Assembly (NCBI GenBank): GCA_036630325.1 | Contig: CP142728.1 | Coordinates: forward strand, 682,001-746,000 | Direction: 5' to 3' | From: Vairimorpha necatrix | Taxonomy: Eukaryota | DNA length: 64,000 bases | In this document: positions 1 to 10,859 of the stretch, piece after piece | How the letters are laid out: each line of letters starts with the position of its first letter | Position numbering within the stretch: position 1 is the first letter of the stretch | Program-made: the position numbers and the translations under genes | Notes under the pieces: model-generated | Seen by the model: only the letters and a program-made list of their open reading frames with translations | What the model was told of the DNA's origin: nothing | The model's database searches: none

Positions 1-618
1 CATTTCTGATAGTTTCTTAACTAGTGATGCATCATTATCTTTTTCATTTATATAGTTTTGGTTGCATTCGTCATAAAATAGTTGTTGATAATTTGTGTTC
101 AAATAAGATTTATCATTTGTCAAATTACTTTTATATATTGGATTTTCATCGGAATTTATCGGTTCCACTGCATTTTGCTGTATAAAGTCATTATTGCATT
201 GAAAAATAATACTGTCTTGATGAAAATTTTCTTCCCGCTCCCAAATTTCCGCTATATCTCTCGAAACTTCTTGCATTAATTCTTCATTTGTCTGATATGT
301 TGTGTTTTGTAAAAAGTTCTCATCGGTTTTCAAATAATTAACTAAATTTTGTATTTGCATTTCTTCTGTGGTTTCTTCGTTGTCATAGTAATAACTTCCG
401 TTCATTATTAATTTCTTATGATTTTCGTAGTAGTCCATTTTCTCTTCAACAAGCTCATTCTCTCTATTTTCATTACAATCCTCTGTCATAACTATATCAA
501 AATCGAAACTTACATTGCTATCTATTTGATTATAGTTCTGTGGTTGTTGAAGCACTTCAGTATTATATGTATTGAATATTTCATTTGAGCATTTTAGTAG
601 CAAGATAAAAAAATACAT
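1..618 (-). CDS. Putative secreted acidic/Asn-rich protein, 3' end runs off the window (absent from the ORF track)
   Basis: Minus strand CCCC-ATG (CAT at 616-618). Frame is open to the window edge: MYFFILLLKCSNEIFNTYNTEVLQQPQ..., with a short hydrophobic N-terminus like a signal peptide. Confidence 0.7.
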   Translation of the reverse strand, partial: MYFFILLLKCSNEIFNTYNTEVLQQPQNYNQIDSNVSFDFDIVMTEDCNENRENELVEEKMDYYENHKKLIMNGSYYYDNEETTEEMQIQNLVNYLKTDENFLQNTTYQTNEELMQEVSRDIAEIWEREENFHQDSIIFQCNNDFIQQNAVEPINSDENPIYKSNLTNDKSYLNTNYQQLFYDECNQNYINEKDNDASLVKKLSEM

Positions 619-1739
619 GGGGATAACTTACAAAATTTTTAATTACAATAAAAAAAAAACTTAAATATCATCATTAATGACTTTTTTGATTAAAAAAAAT
701 TTATATATTCTAGAATACTAGTAAAGCTTGTTATTTACATCTTTATTCTAATTTTCATTAACCATTTTTGGTTTAAGCATTAAAAAGAAAAATCTGCAAT
801 AAAAATTAGAAATTTCAAATTTTTAGAAAGGTTTAAAAAATTCTTAAATTCCAAATGTTCTTTTATTTCATAAAAATGATTTATTGTCTCATAAGTATAA
901 ATTTTGACACTCATCATTAAAATTTTTAGTGCTACAACAATATGCAATTTTTTGTGTATGAGTTAAATCACCTCTATGACACTTCTGATATTATTTTCGA
1001 AGTTAGTTCTACAAGAATAATAGGCCAATTAAAATTAATTTTAACAATATACACTCTTAAAAGTCCTTAAAATGACGCCTATAATCTAATTTAATATCAT
1101 AATAACGTAAATTACTAAGTAAGTAGTTTTTAAATCTAAAGTTAAAAAAATAGTCAAAATATTGGAGGAAAATCATTTTACAATAAATTATTAAAAATAA
1201 TAAATAATGATTTAGATATAGACAAATGTATCAAGACAGGATTATATAATAATATCATATAATTAATTATTTTAAAGAGCCGGCGTTGACTCGCCCCCGC
1301 AACGTTTATAAAAAATATACAAATGCATTTTTAAAATATTTAATTTCTAAAAAGGGTATTAAGGTTGAAGAGAATTTTTTTTGTACGCTCTTCGGTTTTT
1401 TATTTCACTATGTTGTTTGAGAAAATTTTCGTAATGGTCACTTTGTAGAAAAAAGAATGATAATTGTAGTTGTTCATTTTAGTATTATTTTTTCGAATAT
1501 TAGTTATATTGATATATCACCAAATCGAAAAGTATATCTGATGCTATGGGCTAATAAATGACTCTCCATTCTAGCAAGTTTATTTGAATTAAAAAAAAAA
1601 AGAAATTTTTTTTTCTGGGAACGCTGGTCGACACATTTCTTTTATTTTCTTCTCAGATATCTTTTCATTTTCTTTTATACTGTCATTTGAGGACACACCC
1701 AACCCGAGTACAAACAGTATAAAACCCTTATGATTTTAA

Positions 1740-3050
1740 GAAAAAGTCAAATAAAATTGCTTTATCTCACTATGTTTGGTTAAATTGTAGTTCTAAACGA
1801 CTTATCAAGATGTTTGAGCCATTCCCTACCATCTTCGGCTCTAGAATCCTCAGCGGCTATCGAACATTCTTTAAGTATATGTTTTAAATAGTCTCAGAAA
1901 TTGATTAAATAATCCTTTTGTTTACATGTTAAACTGTGGGTGACGCATTCTATTTTGTTTTTTTTTCATTTCAAAGTCTATACAAAGCTGTTTTGGTGAA
2001 TTGCCGTTTGGAACCCGCTTTGAAAAAATATACACGCATTGAAAATTTAAAAAAAGAAAAAATAAAGAGAATTGTAAAAAAAGACTTAGCAATTTATTTT
2101 GAATAATAAAAGAAGATGATTTATAGGTTGATTTTTCGGTATTCGATAAGAACAGTAAAAGGTACTCATAGTGTTCGTCCTGGGTTGCTCAATGTCTAGA
2201 CCCCATAATTTTTTTTAAAAGAAGCCAAAATCTCTCAATTTGTATGGTATTGTGTCTTATAACCGTTAAAATTTACGACGTAATAAACAGTTTTGTGCTC
2301 CATTCCAGTGGTTTGTCTAGTGCGGCATCATATGCTGCCATTGATTATGATCACAATGTGAACTTATTGCATGATGTTGTATCATCTCAGGAGAATAGCC
2401 GGATTTCTACTAGACACAGGTCAAGTAGGGCACACACTGGTTCTGCGTTATTCAATTTTTTAAAAATGAACTTTAATTCATTTTCATATTCACATACACT
2501 CTCTTTTTAACAAATTTTGTCATTTTTAAAGAAAGTCCTTTCAAATTTTCAATGCGGGGTCCAAACGGTCACGTACCGCTGTTTTATATTAAACCTACTG
2601 AATTCTTATATTTTTGCTTCGAAAGATCTTGAGTATAGGTCAACATGTAAATAAAAATTCTAGGTTATTTGTAACCTCTTTTCCGGGTTTATTTGTTAAC
2701 GGAAAGCACCAGATAAAATCAGAATGCACATACATTACATTAACCCCTAACAATCCCATCATAGAACTTTTTATGTTGCGTCATATCGATTAAATCGATC
2801 ATAATTCTATTCATTCATATAATGACCGCAATTTAGACCTGGCGCTCTTTTTTAAAGGTTGTTATTGTCCACATGTGTTGCATTCGGACCGCCTTTTCTT
2901 TTAATGTCCCCGCGGGGTCCTATAGAACATTGTTGCATGATATTTTTCAAACAGTAAACACCTCTATGATGAAGCCAATCAAAATTTTTTTTAAAAATCA
3001 ATAGCTTCAAACAGTTCACTATATAGATCGTTTCTACCTTGGCCTCGTCC
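1740..3050 (-). pseudogene. Decayed DDE (rve-type) integrase with HHCC zinc finger, Ginger/KRBA2-like or gypsy-like, interrupted by a Merlin derivative
   Basis: Manual translation across stops and frameshifts gives ordered integrase motifs: WLHHRG (~2965), CNTC (2871-2882), DLIDM (2782-2796), WCFPLTNKPGKEV, EFSRFNIKQ|LCIDFEM (joined across the insertion), RHPQ (1934-1945), WLKHLDK, NYNLTKH. Ends approximate. Confidence 0.7.
1995..2577 (-). mobile_element. Non-autonomous, internally deleted Merlin (IS1016/ISXO2-like) element, 583 bp
   Basis: TIRs GGTGAATTGCCGTTTGGAACCCG and revcomp GGTACGTGACCGTTTGGACCCCG. Perfect 8-bp TSD GCTGTTTT (1987-1994, 2578-2585). Interior matches the 3' half of the element at 33522-34597 in opposite orientation. 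Confidence 0.85.
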
Positions 3051-3479
3051 TATAAATATAACGGACTGCCTATAAGATGGCAATTTAAAACTTTCCCATT
3101 TTTTGTTCCTTGTACAAAAAAACCTCAATCATGCTTCTTTGAGTTAATACTATAATATTGTACTCAACAGCATTATTGTGAGACTGAAAAAATTTATAAA
3201 GGGGTAAAAACAGCTCATCTAACAAATATCACTGGCAAAGGTTTGTTTTTTTAAAAAATATAAAATTTTTTTATTTGTGTGCGATAGGCTCTAGTGGTTT
3301 GCTAACAAGTTCCCAGCGCACTAGCCAGGAGTTAACCCCTTTCGGAGGTATTTATTTAATTGACAAAAAATCTTTACGGGTTCTCTTAGGACAATTCAAG
3401 GTGATCAACACTGCCTGTTCACAATTAATATACAATATTTGTAAAGAAATTTTATAACTAAAAAGACACATGAAGTTTT

Positions 3480-3790
3480 TTTTGTCTTGATCTTGAATAA
3501 GATAGGAATTATAAATGATAACATTAAGAGAGTAGTAGACCTTTAATAAAATACTTGAATTAACGAGAAGGATTTTAATGTTTTAAAAAAACTAGGTTAT
3601 AAAGATTTATTGTAAAAAAAAAAAGACGCTTTTTTAAAATTTCTTTAGAGTGAGTTCTTAATAAAGTTAAAATGAATTCAATAATTTTCTGAAATTATTT
3701 ATTAATACATAGGGGAACAGGTGTTCATTCGCAATTAAGAGAATATTTTCGGAGGCAATTATAAGACGTAGGGAAATTTAATAATTTCAA
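3480..3790 (+). pseudogene. Possible remnant of a Ty3/gypsy integrase C-terminus
   Basis: Broken translation ...ILNKIGIINDNIKRVVDL**NT... and IGEQVFIRN*ENIF weakly resembles the post-core region of gypsy integrases. Confidence 0.25.
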
Positions 3791-4609
3791 AAATGATAAG
3801 GAAACATCGTTAGAAATAAATATACTGTCAACTTGTTCCTATTTGATAACGTAGAAAAATATATATAACATTTTACAAGAGGCCGTATTAGCCCAAATAA
3901 ATAGAATCATATCGCCTAATTATACAACGAAACATAAAATTTGCACTTGCTATTTAGCCTCCGCAAAGGCAAATAAAACATTATCTTATATTAGCCATCA
4001 TTTGAATGAATAGTAGCATACTGTTGTTTTACCACCATACTATTATTAAGATAGATCTGCTAGCTAGGAATTAAAACTTCCTTGGTTGTGTAGTTTATTG
4101 TGATATATTATACATTATCATGGTTAAGCCTGTCTTTTACAAATGTTATAAGACAGAAGTATGATACAAATAGAAACGATTTGACTAACAGCATCTGATA
4201 ACTCCCAAATACAACAATCGAAGGCAACGCTAAATGATATTTATCATTGGCTTTTACTGCAACCTTTAACCACCACTGAGACAATAATAAAGTAAATTAT
4301 AAACAACTTATTTATCAAGGCACAGGAAGAAGCATCATAGAAAATTTAGTGAAATCTGTTCACTTTCTGCATGGAAAGCCACATGAACGTGTTTACAGTA
4401 CATAAAAATAAAAAATAAACACCTCCGTCCTTAGGTATGCGGCCTGTTCTAAAGTAAAATTCGACAGAACTAAGCTATTGTTGTCTGTCCTTGACAAGTT
4501 TTTTGTAAATTCAACACGAAAGTTTTTATTTGTTTTCCTTTTGACATAGGGCAAAAATTAAATGTTTAAAAACATGAAAGGGGGAAAATATATCCTCTAA
4601 GAAATAGAG

Positions 4610-4623
4610 ATGTCACGTGACAT
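4610..4623. promoter_or_regulatory. Palindromic extended E-box ATGTCACGTGACAT (Cbf1/USF-type bHLH site)
   Basis: Perfect 14-bp palindrome containing GTCACGTGAC, about 70 bp upstream of the ATG at 4692. Confidence 0.4.
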
Positions 4624-4691
4624 TATTTACACCATTATATTCATAATCCACCAATTTTTATCTTATAAATAAATTTTTTTTTCTACCCCAA

Positions 4692-6395
4692 ATGAATAAA
4701 TCTGAAAAATACAAAAATATTTTAAAAATCATAAAATCTACTAATCTGTCTCTCCCCGACATAATCTATAAAAATATTGATGACAAACACATCTACTTAG
4801 AACTTCTTATGACTCCTGATCTACTTCCATATTTAATTTCCACTTCTGAATTACATTTTTCCGATTATTTTTATTTACTTTACAAATTCACCAGTAAGTT
4901 TAAAATTACTGACAATTTATTAAAAATTAAATGTTTAAATTTTTTTAAATATAAAAAATTACGAGGAATAATTTTGAAAATATTAAAATTTTATAAAGTA
5001 AAAAATTTCCAAAATGATGACATTTATAATAAAATTAATACAAATGAGTTTAAATATGTAAAAAAGTTTATAAATGTTCATGACTGGGAATCTTTCCCAA
5101 TTAAATATACGAAACAAGGATATAGAAATTTAAAAATTTTACGAAATAATGAGAAGATAGAAGTAGAAGAAAATAGTTTAAGGACTTTATTCTTGTTTGG
5201 GAAGTGTAAAGATGATTTTTATAAACATGAAGATGAAGAAGTAAGAATTGAGAATTTTTTAAATCATTTTAGACAACGTAAAAAAAATTTACAAGATCAA
5301 CAAATCCAAATCATAAGCCAACAAGATCAACATAATGATAAAAAAGAATCTAATATTATTTTTTTACAAAATTTTATAAAAGATAATATTTATATAGAAA
5401 ATATAAGAAATATTGATTATTTAATAGAAAACATACAAAAAATAGATTCTAATGACGCCATAGAAAATGAGACAATATTAGATCCAGACTTCTTGGTTTT
5501 TCTTATAAATCATGAAGATGTAAATACAAGATATTTAGGATATTCTTTATTCAATGAAGAATATCATAATCATGATCTACTAAATAATTTAATCTTTGAT
5601 AAGTCCAAGATTATTAGAGACAAATTTATAAAAAAATTTAAAATAGATATTCCAAATAAAACTAATAATGAATTATATTATAAAACTAATATAGAATTAT
5701 ATTATAAAAATATAGAATTATATTATAGAAATAATGAATTATATTATAAAAATATAGAATTATATTATAAAAATATAGAATTATATTATAAAAATATAGA
5801 TAAGTTATCAGATCTTCTTATAGAAGAGACAAATCTCAAATACATTCTCAAACTTGAGAAATGTCTCAATGTTTTATTTAAACATGCAGACACTTTTAAT
5901 TACTCAGATTTAATAAGTAGAATATTTAAGAAATCTCCTTCTCTAAATATCAGGAAGAGTGGTGGCCTGAGTGTCATTTGTAAATGTCTCTTAAAAAATA
6001 AAATGAACAGACTTAGAAATCTCAAGTTAATCTCAGAATATTTAGAGATTAAAAAGCACGGCTTTATGAAAAATGAACATTCTTTTAATATTTTCTTAGA
6101 AATATTCAAGAAATATAAAATCTTAGACGACTCAGAAGCAATGAAGATTGTACTTGAGAATGTTGACAGTGAGAAATTTATAGTGAAAAATATGTGTATA
6201 AGAATGTATGAGATAATTTTTAAGAGAGGAGAAGTAATAAATATAGAGAATAAGGAATATAAAGACGACTCTATGTTTTTATTTCTGTGTATTGTAGAGA
6301 AATATAAAGAACACGACTTAAGACAAATAAAATGTGAGGGAAATAACCAACTAATAAAAGCGAAACTCAATGAACTAAGAAATATAAAATACTAA
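4692..6395 (+). CDS. Reduced THADA/Trm732-like HEAT protein (partner of tRNA methyltransferase Trm7)
   Basis: CCCC-AA-ATG start. IRKSGGL resembles the RRSAGLP hallmark, followed by HSFNIFLEIF and IVKNMCIRMYEIIFKR in the expected order. Internal NIELYYK repeats. Confidence 0.55.
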   Translation: MNKSEKYKNILKIIKSTNLSLPDIIYKNIDDKHIYLELLMTPDLLPYLISTSELHFSDYFYLLYKFTSKFKITDNLLKIKCLNFFKYKKLRGIILKILKFYKVKNFQNDDIYNKINTNEFKYVKKFINVHDWESFPIKYTKQGYRNLKILRNNEKIEVEENSLRTLFLFGKCKDDFYKHEDEEVRIENFLNHFRQRKKNLQDQQIQIISQQDQHNDKKESNIIFLQNFIKDNIYIENIRNIDYLIENIQKIDSNDAIENETILDPDFLVFLINHEDVNTRYLGYSLFNEEYHNHDLLNNLIFDKSKIIRDKFIKKFKIDIPNKTNNELYYKTNIELYYKNIELYYRNNELYYKNIELYYKNIELYYKNIDKLSDLLIEETNLKYILKLEKCLNVLFKHADTFNYSDLISRIFKKSPSLNIRKSGGLSVICKCLLKNKMNRLRNLKLISEYLEIKKHGFMKNEHSFNIFLEIFKKYKILDDSEAMKIVLENVDSEKFIVKNMCIRMYEIIFKRGEVINIENKEYKDDSMFLFLCIVEKYKEHDLRQIKCEGNNQLIKAKLNELRNIKY

Positions 6396-6493
6396 GTAAG
6401 AGAAATCAAAAAAAGAGAAGTTTTATTTTACTAAAGTAGAATGAAAGCTCTTATATTTAAAAAGCTTACTTATAATTTGATTTGACCCTTCTT

Positions 6494-6658
6494 ATGGATT
6501 TTGATACAAATATAGAAATAATTGAAGAATCAGAAATAAATCTGGAATCTCTCCGTGACTCAATAAATAATTTTATAGAAGAAAATCCAAATATAAAAAG
6601 TATCCAGAAGATCTACTTTGATGAACTAATAGATTTCATAAATAAACAAACATCTTAA
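6494..6658 (+). CDS. Small 54-aa protein below the ORF-track cutoff, possibly RNA polymerase I A14-like
   Basis: AT-rich stretch plus GACCCTTCTT-ATG, the same start context as the real genes. MDFDTNIEIIEESEINLESLRDSINNFIEENPNIKSIQKIYFDELIDFINKQTS*. Confidence 0.6.
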   Translation: MDFDTNIEIIEESEINLESLRDSINNFIEENPNIKSIQKIYFDELIDFINKQTS

Positions 6659-6802
6659 TTTTTAAAAATACATCTTAAATTTAAATATACATCTTAATTT
6701 TTAAACATACATCTCGATTTTAAACAAACATCTTAATTTTAAACATACAGTTTAATTTTAAATATACATCTTAATTTTTAAACATACAGTTTAATTTTAA
6801 AT
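6645..6802. repeat. Degenerate ~19-20 bp tandem repeat (AAACATACATCTTAATTTT-like), about 8 copies
   Basis: Directly visible between the small ORF and YIF1. Confidence 0.8.
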
Positions 6803-6818
6803 TTATTTTTTTCCCCTT

Positions 6819-7427
6819 ATGAATTTGGATTTTAGTAAAGAAGCCCTAAAAAGCGGCAGTTCTTACGTCTCAAGAAAATTCAGCCTGAATTTTCTTCATT
6901 CTTATTTCAACATAGACAACACCTTCGTATACAAGAAAATCTTAATGATCTTCTTTCCTTTTACATTTAACTGGGAAGATGATTCATTAACAAGACCAGA
7001 TCTTTATATTCCTATAATGAGCTTCTTTACTTACATTTTAGTAAAAGGAATGTATTACGGTCTTCTTAATAATTTCTTACCAGAGAAAATTGGACTTATT
7101 TTTACTCGTCTAATATTCCTGGAAATTGTAATATGTTTTATTGTAAAAGGCTTTTCTTATTTTATGAATATAAAAATAAGAAGTTTAGATATGCTGTGCT
7201 TTTCAGGGTACAAATATTTCACAATATTATTTTTACAACTTGTGCCTAAAATTATAATTATAAGATTTATTATAAAAGGGTATTTTTATACAAGTTTCTT
7301 CTTTTTTCTTAGTAGGAGTTTGAAGAGTAGATTGTTTAATGAGTTTAGTAATGAGAAGATAAAAAAGATATATTTTATATTTGGATTTGTATTTATGCAG
7401 ATATGTTTTGTATTTATATTTTCATAG
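6819..7427 (+). CDS. YIF1: Yif1 ER-Golgi membrane trafficking protein
   Basis: YFNIDNTFVYKKILMIFFPF and PDLYIPIMSFFTYIL signatures, multi-pass hydrophobic, CCCC start motif. Confidence 0.9.
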   Translation: MNLDFSKEALKSGSSYVSRKFSLNFLHSYFNIDNTFVYKKILMIFFPFTFNWEDDSLTRPDLYIPIMSFFTYILVKGMYYGLLNNFLPEKIGLIFTRLIFLEIVICFIVKGFSYFMNIKIRSLDMLCFSGYKYFTILFLQLVPKIIIIRFIIKGYFYTSFFFFLSRSLKSRLFNEFSNEKIKKIYFIFGFVFMQICFVFIFS

Positions 7428-7679
7428 AAAAAAATAAAAAAAACTTGCACTAAAATGAGTGTGTTATATATCAAATTACTTATAGTTTTTATTTTTATTT
7501 ATGCATTTTTATATTTATTTATGTTTATGCATGAATTTTAAATTTATACTAAATTAGTTTATTTTTATGCAAGAAAACTATAAATAATATAATAAATAAT
7601 TGCATAAATAATTAAATATTTTTAAATATTTTATGCATAAACAAATATAAATTTAAAAATGCTTAAAAACCCCCTTCTT

Positions 7680-9422
7680 ATGGTTTTTAAACTCATAAAA
7701 AATATGTTCAAGAAAAAAGACGAAATATCTGGAGACTTAAAAATAAATCAAAAATTAGTCCTAGAAAATTGTAACTTAAATCTAGTGGATTCAATTTTAT
7801 CATTTTCAGAATCTTACAAATTCGAAATAAAAAACATCAAAGACTTAAAGCTCGACACTAAAAGCAACGAAGATTCAAAAGATTCCAATTCTTTGTCTTT
7901 CACTTATGATCATAAAAAGATCAAATTTACTTCTAATTCAGATCTCAAAGATTTATTCCTTAAAATTCATCCTCTTACTTCAGAAAATACTGTATTATTT
8001 TCTACCATAAATTTCATTTACAAATTCTACGACACAACTCAAAATAATTTCAAAGATACTCAACCAGATTTATTATTAAGAATTATTGAAGATAACAAAA
8101 CTAAATATTTAAAAATAGAATCAGATGACGAAATATTACATTTTGAGGAAATTAATAATGACACACAATATTATTTAGATAAAAATAATTTAATATTTGT
8201 TTGGTCAGTTATGAAAGATGACTTGTGGTTTACTTTTAATTTACAATTTGATGATAAATTAATTTATCTTGAATTTGTTAGTAAATATTTGATGAGTACT
8301 TATAAAATAGAAGAAAATGAAGAATATTTTGAGAAAATGGAAATAGAAAATTATAAATCTAAAGAAAAAGAAGAAATATTTTATGATTTAAAAAGTTCAA
8401 GTGAAGAAGAAACATTAAATATTGATAAAGTTAAAGATGATAATAATAAATTTAATGATAATAAATTTAATGAACATTTAGTGGTTGGAAATGAAAGAGC
8501 TTTCGTCACTCGTGGTTCATCTGTTGGAATATTTGAAAATACAAATGATGGTTTAGAATTTAGAGAAAATTTATCAGAAATTATGGAAAATCCTGCTAAG
8601 AAAATAATAAGTCATGATAATTGTAAATCTCTAATTTATTTAGATAAAAATAATACTAAAATTTTACACAAAATAGATTTAGAAAGAGGAGATGTTGTAG
8701 AAACTTGGAATGTAAATAAAAATATAAATGATTATTTTGAAGCCTCAAAATTAGTAGACAATCAGACACTTGTCGGATTATCAGATTATTCAGTTTTCAG
8801 AATTGACCCTAGAACTAAAGAGAAAGTTACAGAATCTAAAGATTATAAAATGAAAAATGAGTTCATGTGTGGCATGTCCACGTCTAAAGGTCATGTGGCA
8901 GTAGCTAGTAAAAATGGAGATTTAAGGTTATACGATAAATTGGACAAAAGGGCGAAGTCCCTTTTGCCCGGATTTGGTGATGAGGTGAAGCACGTTGACG
9001 TGACCACGAATGGACAGAATATTATATGTACTTGTAAGAATTATCTTTTGTTGTATGTAGTAGATGGGAATTATAAAAATCAAGTTGGTAAAGACAAGCC
9101 TGTCCCTAAGAAATTGACACTTAGGCCTGAACATTTGGCTTATATAAATGAAGAGATAAATTTTACACCTGCTAAGTTTAGTACAGATTCTAATGAGGAT
9201 AGTATTATTACTAGTACAGGGAAATATGTAGTAAGATGGAATCTTAAGGAAGTTATTAGTGGACAAGTTTATTCTTACCAGTTGAGTAAATGTAGTGATT
9301 TAGTTGTGGCAGATAATTTTGAGTTTGGGGTTAATGACAATATAATAGTGACCATGCCTGATGATGTAAGGAGTCTTAAGGGGAGTAAATTAAGGAGGCC
9401 CAATAAGCGAACATTTGAATAA
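7680..9422 (+). CDS. VID27: Vid27/CYPRO4-like WD40 protein
   Basis: FRIDPR, GDLRLYDKLDKRAKSLLPGFGD and PKKLTLRPEHLAY motifs. Start moved to the ATG after CCCCC (track start 7659). Confidence 0.9.
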   Translation: MVFKLIKNMFKKKDEISGDLKINQKLVLENCNLNLVDSILSFSESYKFEIKNIKDLKLDTKSNEDSKDSNSLSFTYDHKKIKFTSNSDLKDLFLKIHPLTSENTVLFSTINFIYKFYDTTQNNFKDTQPDLLLRIIEDNKTKYLKIESDDEILHFEEINNDTQYYLDKNNLIFVWSVMKDDLWFTFNLQFDDKLIYLEFVSKYLMSTYKIEENEEYFEKMEIENYKSKEKEEIFYDLKSSSEEETLNIDKVKDDNNKFNDNKFNEHLVVGNERAFVTRGSSVGIFENTNDGLEFRENLSEIMENPAKKIISHDNCKSLIYLDKNNTKILHKIDLERGDVVETWNVNKNINDYFEASKLVDNQTLVGLSDYSVFRIDPRTKEKVTESKDYKMKNEFMCGMSTSKGHVAVASKNGDLRLYDKLDKRAKSLLPGFGDEVKHVDVTTNGQNIICTCKNYLLLYVVDGNYKNQVGKDKPVPKKLTLRPEHLAYINEEINFTPAKFSTDSNEDSIITSTGKYVVRWNLKEVISGQVYSYQLSKCSDLVVADNFEFGVNDNIIVTMPDDVRSLKGSKLRRPNKRTFE

Positions 9423-9571
9423 AAAAATATATAAAAAGAATGAAGTAATAATATATTATATTATATTATAATGACATTATGTTGTACTTATTATATTTTA
9501 CTTATAATAATATACTTATAATTATAATTATAATATCATATGTAATATCGTATTATTATAATGACATTATA

Positions 9572-10189
9572 TTAATTTATACTATATTTAGTTTGCTTTT
9601 TATAATCCATCGGTAATATCATGTCTTTTAATCCCCATATACCTTTCTTCCTCTTTATTGATTCCTTCTCATTTATAATCATCTTATCTTTATACTTCCC
9701 ATACACCCCATCTCTCCCTTTATAAACACAAGCATATCCTTTTTTAATCATCTCTATATTAATATTAATACTATCTAAAAACACTATAGCCAATATTCTA
9801 CTATACCTGTCTACACCAAGTATCTCTAAATACACTGTCTTATTCAAAATCAAACTTGATAGAAAAAGCTTACTCTCTTGAGACAGAGGCTGAGCGGGAA
9901 TATTAAAATACCTCGTCTCTGGGGCGTCAATCCCGGCTAGACGGATCTTCAACTTTGAAGATGAAGAAGGTTTACTAGATCTGAACAGAGGGACATGGAA
10001 GAAATGGAAGCCGTCTCCGTCTGATATATAAGTGGCTATACCTGATAATTTAAGGCCAGTGCAGTCACGGGGTAAATCATTTATAGAAGAAATGCGCCTG
10101 GATTTGGAGTAAAGAACTTTGAGAAGGAAAATGAGGAATAGAAAGAAGAAAGAGAAAACAAGATGACTGGTAGTGATCTCTAATTTCAT
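9572..10189 (-). CDS. LCL3: Membrane-anchored staphylococcal-nuclease-like endonuclease (Lcl3 family)
   Basis: N-terminal TM segment, SDGDGF, KIRLAGIDAPE, DRYSRIL, KRKKGIW. Start at the ATG after CCCC. Confidence 0.85.
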   Translation of the reverse strand: MKLEITTSHLVFSFFFLFLIFLLKVLYSKSRRISSINDLPRDCTGLKLSGIATYISDGDGFHFFHVPLFRSSKPSSSSKLKIRLAGIDAPETRYFNIPAQPLSQESKLFLSSLILNKTVYLEILGVDRYSRILAIVFLDSININIEMIKKGYACVYKGRDGVYGKYKDKMIINEKESIKRKKGIWGLKDMILPMDYKKQTKYSIN

Positions 10190-10859
10190 ATTTAAGGGGC
10201 AGAAAAAAGGCACATTTGAGGGTATGGGAGCAAGATTGGGATGCTATAAATATAGCAGAGATTCATAAACATCAGGTTCTTGTAGAAACTCAGAACTTTC
10301 TTCAAGTATCATTTTGTACGTAGCATTTGAGACATGTACAAGATGTGTCTTAAGGCACTAGATAGGCGAGTTAATTTATGAGACGATTTTATACATGTGG
10401 GCCTAAACTTATATATGCTAAATTTAACACGGATTTGATCTTGGATTATATTGAGTTAGTACGATGATGTCTCTTCTTCGAATTAATAGTTACTTTAATT
10501 AAATTGAACTAAATATAATAAAAATCATACTCAGAAACTTGCTAAGTTGAAAAATAAAATGTATTTTTTTGAATAAGAATCTCACAGTACCAGTTGGATG
10601 TTTAAAACATAAATCCTAAGAAATATGATATTTCTGTAGACATTTCATAAATCCTAAGAAATATGATGTTTGTTTTTTTTTTATAATTTTCGAAGGAAGA
10701 TCTTTCTTTTTTATTTATGCTGAATTTTTATTTTTAAGCTTAAATTTGTTTGGAAATTATTTAATGCTTCTTAAAATTATATGGTTTTTAGCTCCTTTTT
10801 ATTGTACTAAAAAAATCTCAACTTGCTTTTAATTTGATTATAATTATTTTTCGCCCTCT

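Noticed and set aside
82-279. 65-aa plus-strand ORF
   Set aside because: Antisense shadow of the minus-strand ORF starting at 618.
2244-2510. Short track ORFs in TE islands (also 3275, 12416, 33333, 33346, 34838-36179)
   Set aside because: They overlap TIRs or SINE bodies, lack the CCC start context and show no protein-like features. 33972-34238 is a transposase fragment, not a gene.
3343-4427. Possible TIR pair CGGAGGTATTTATTT / AAATAAACACCTCCG
   Set aside because: Only 15 bp, half AT-rich, and no target-site duplication found.
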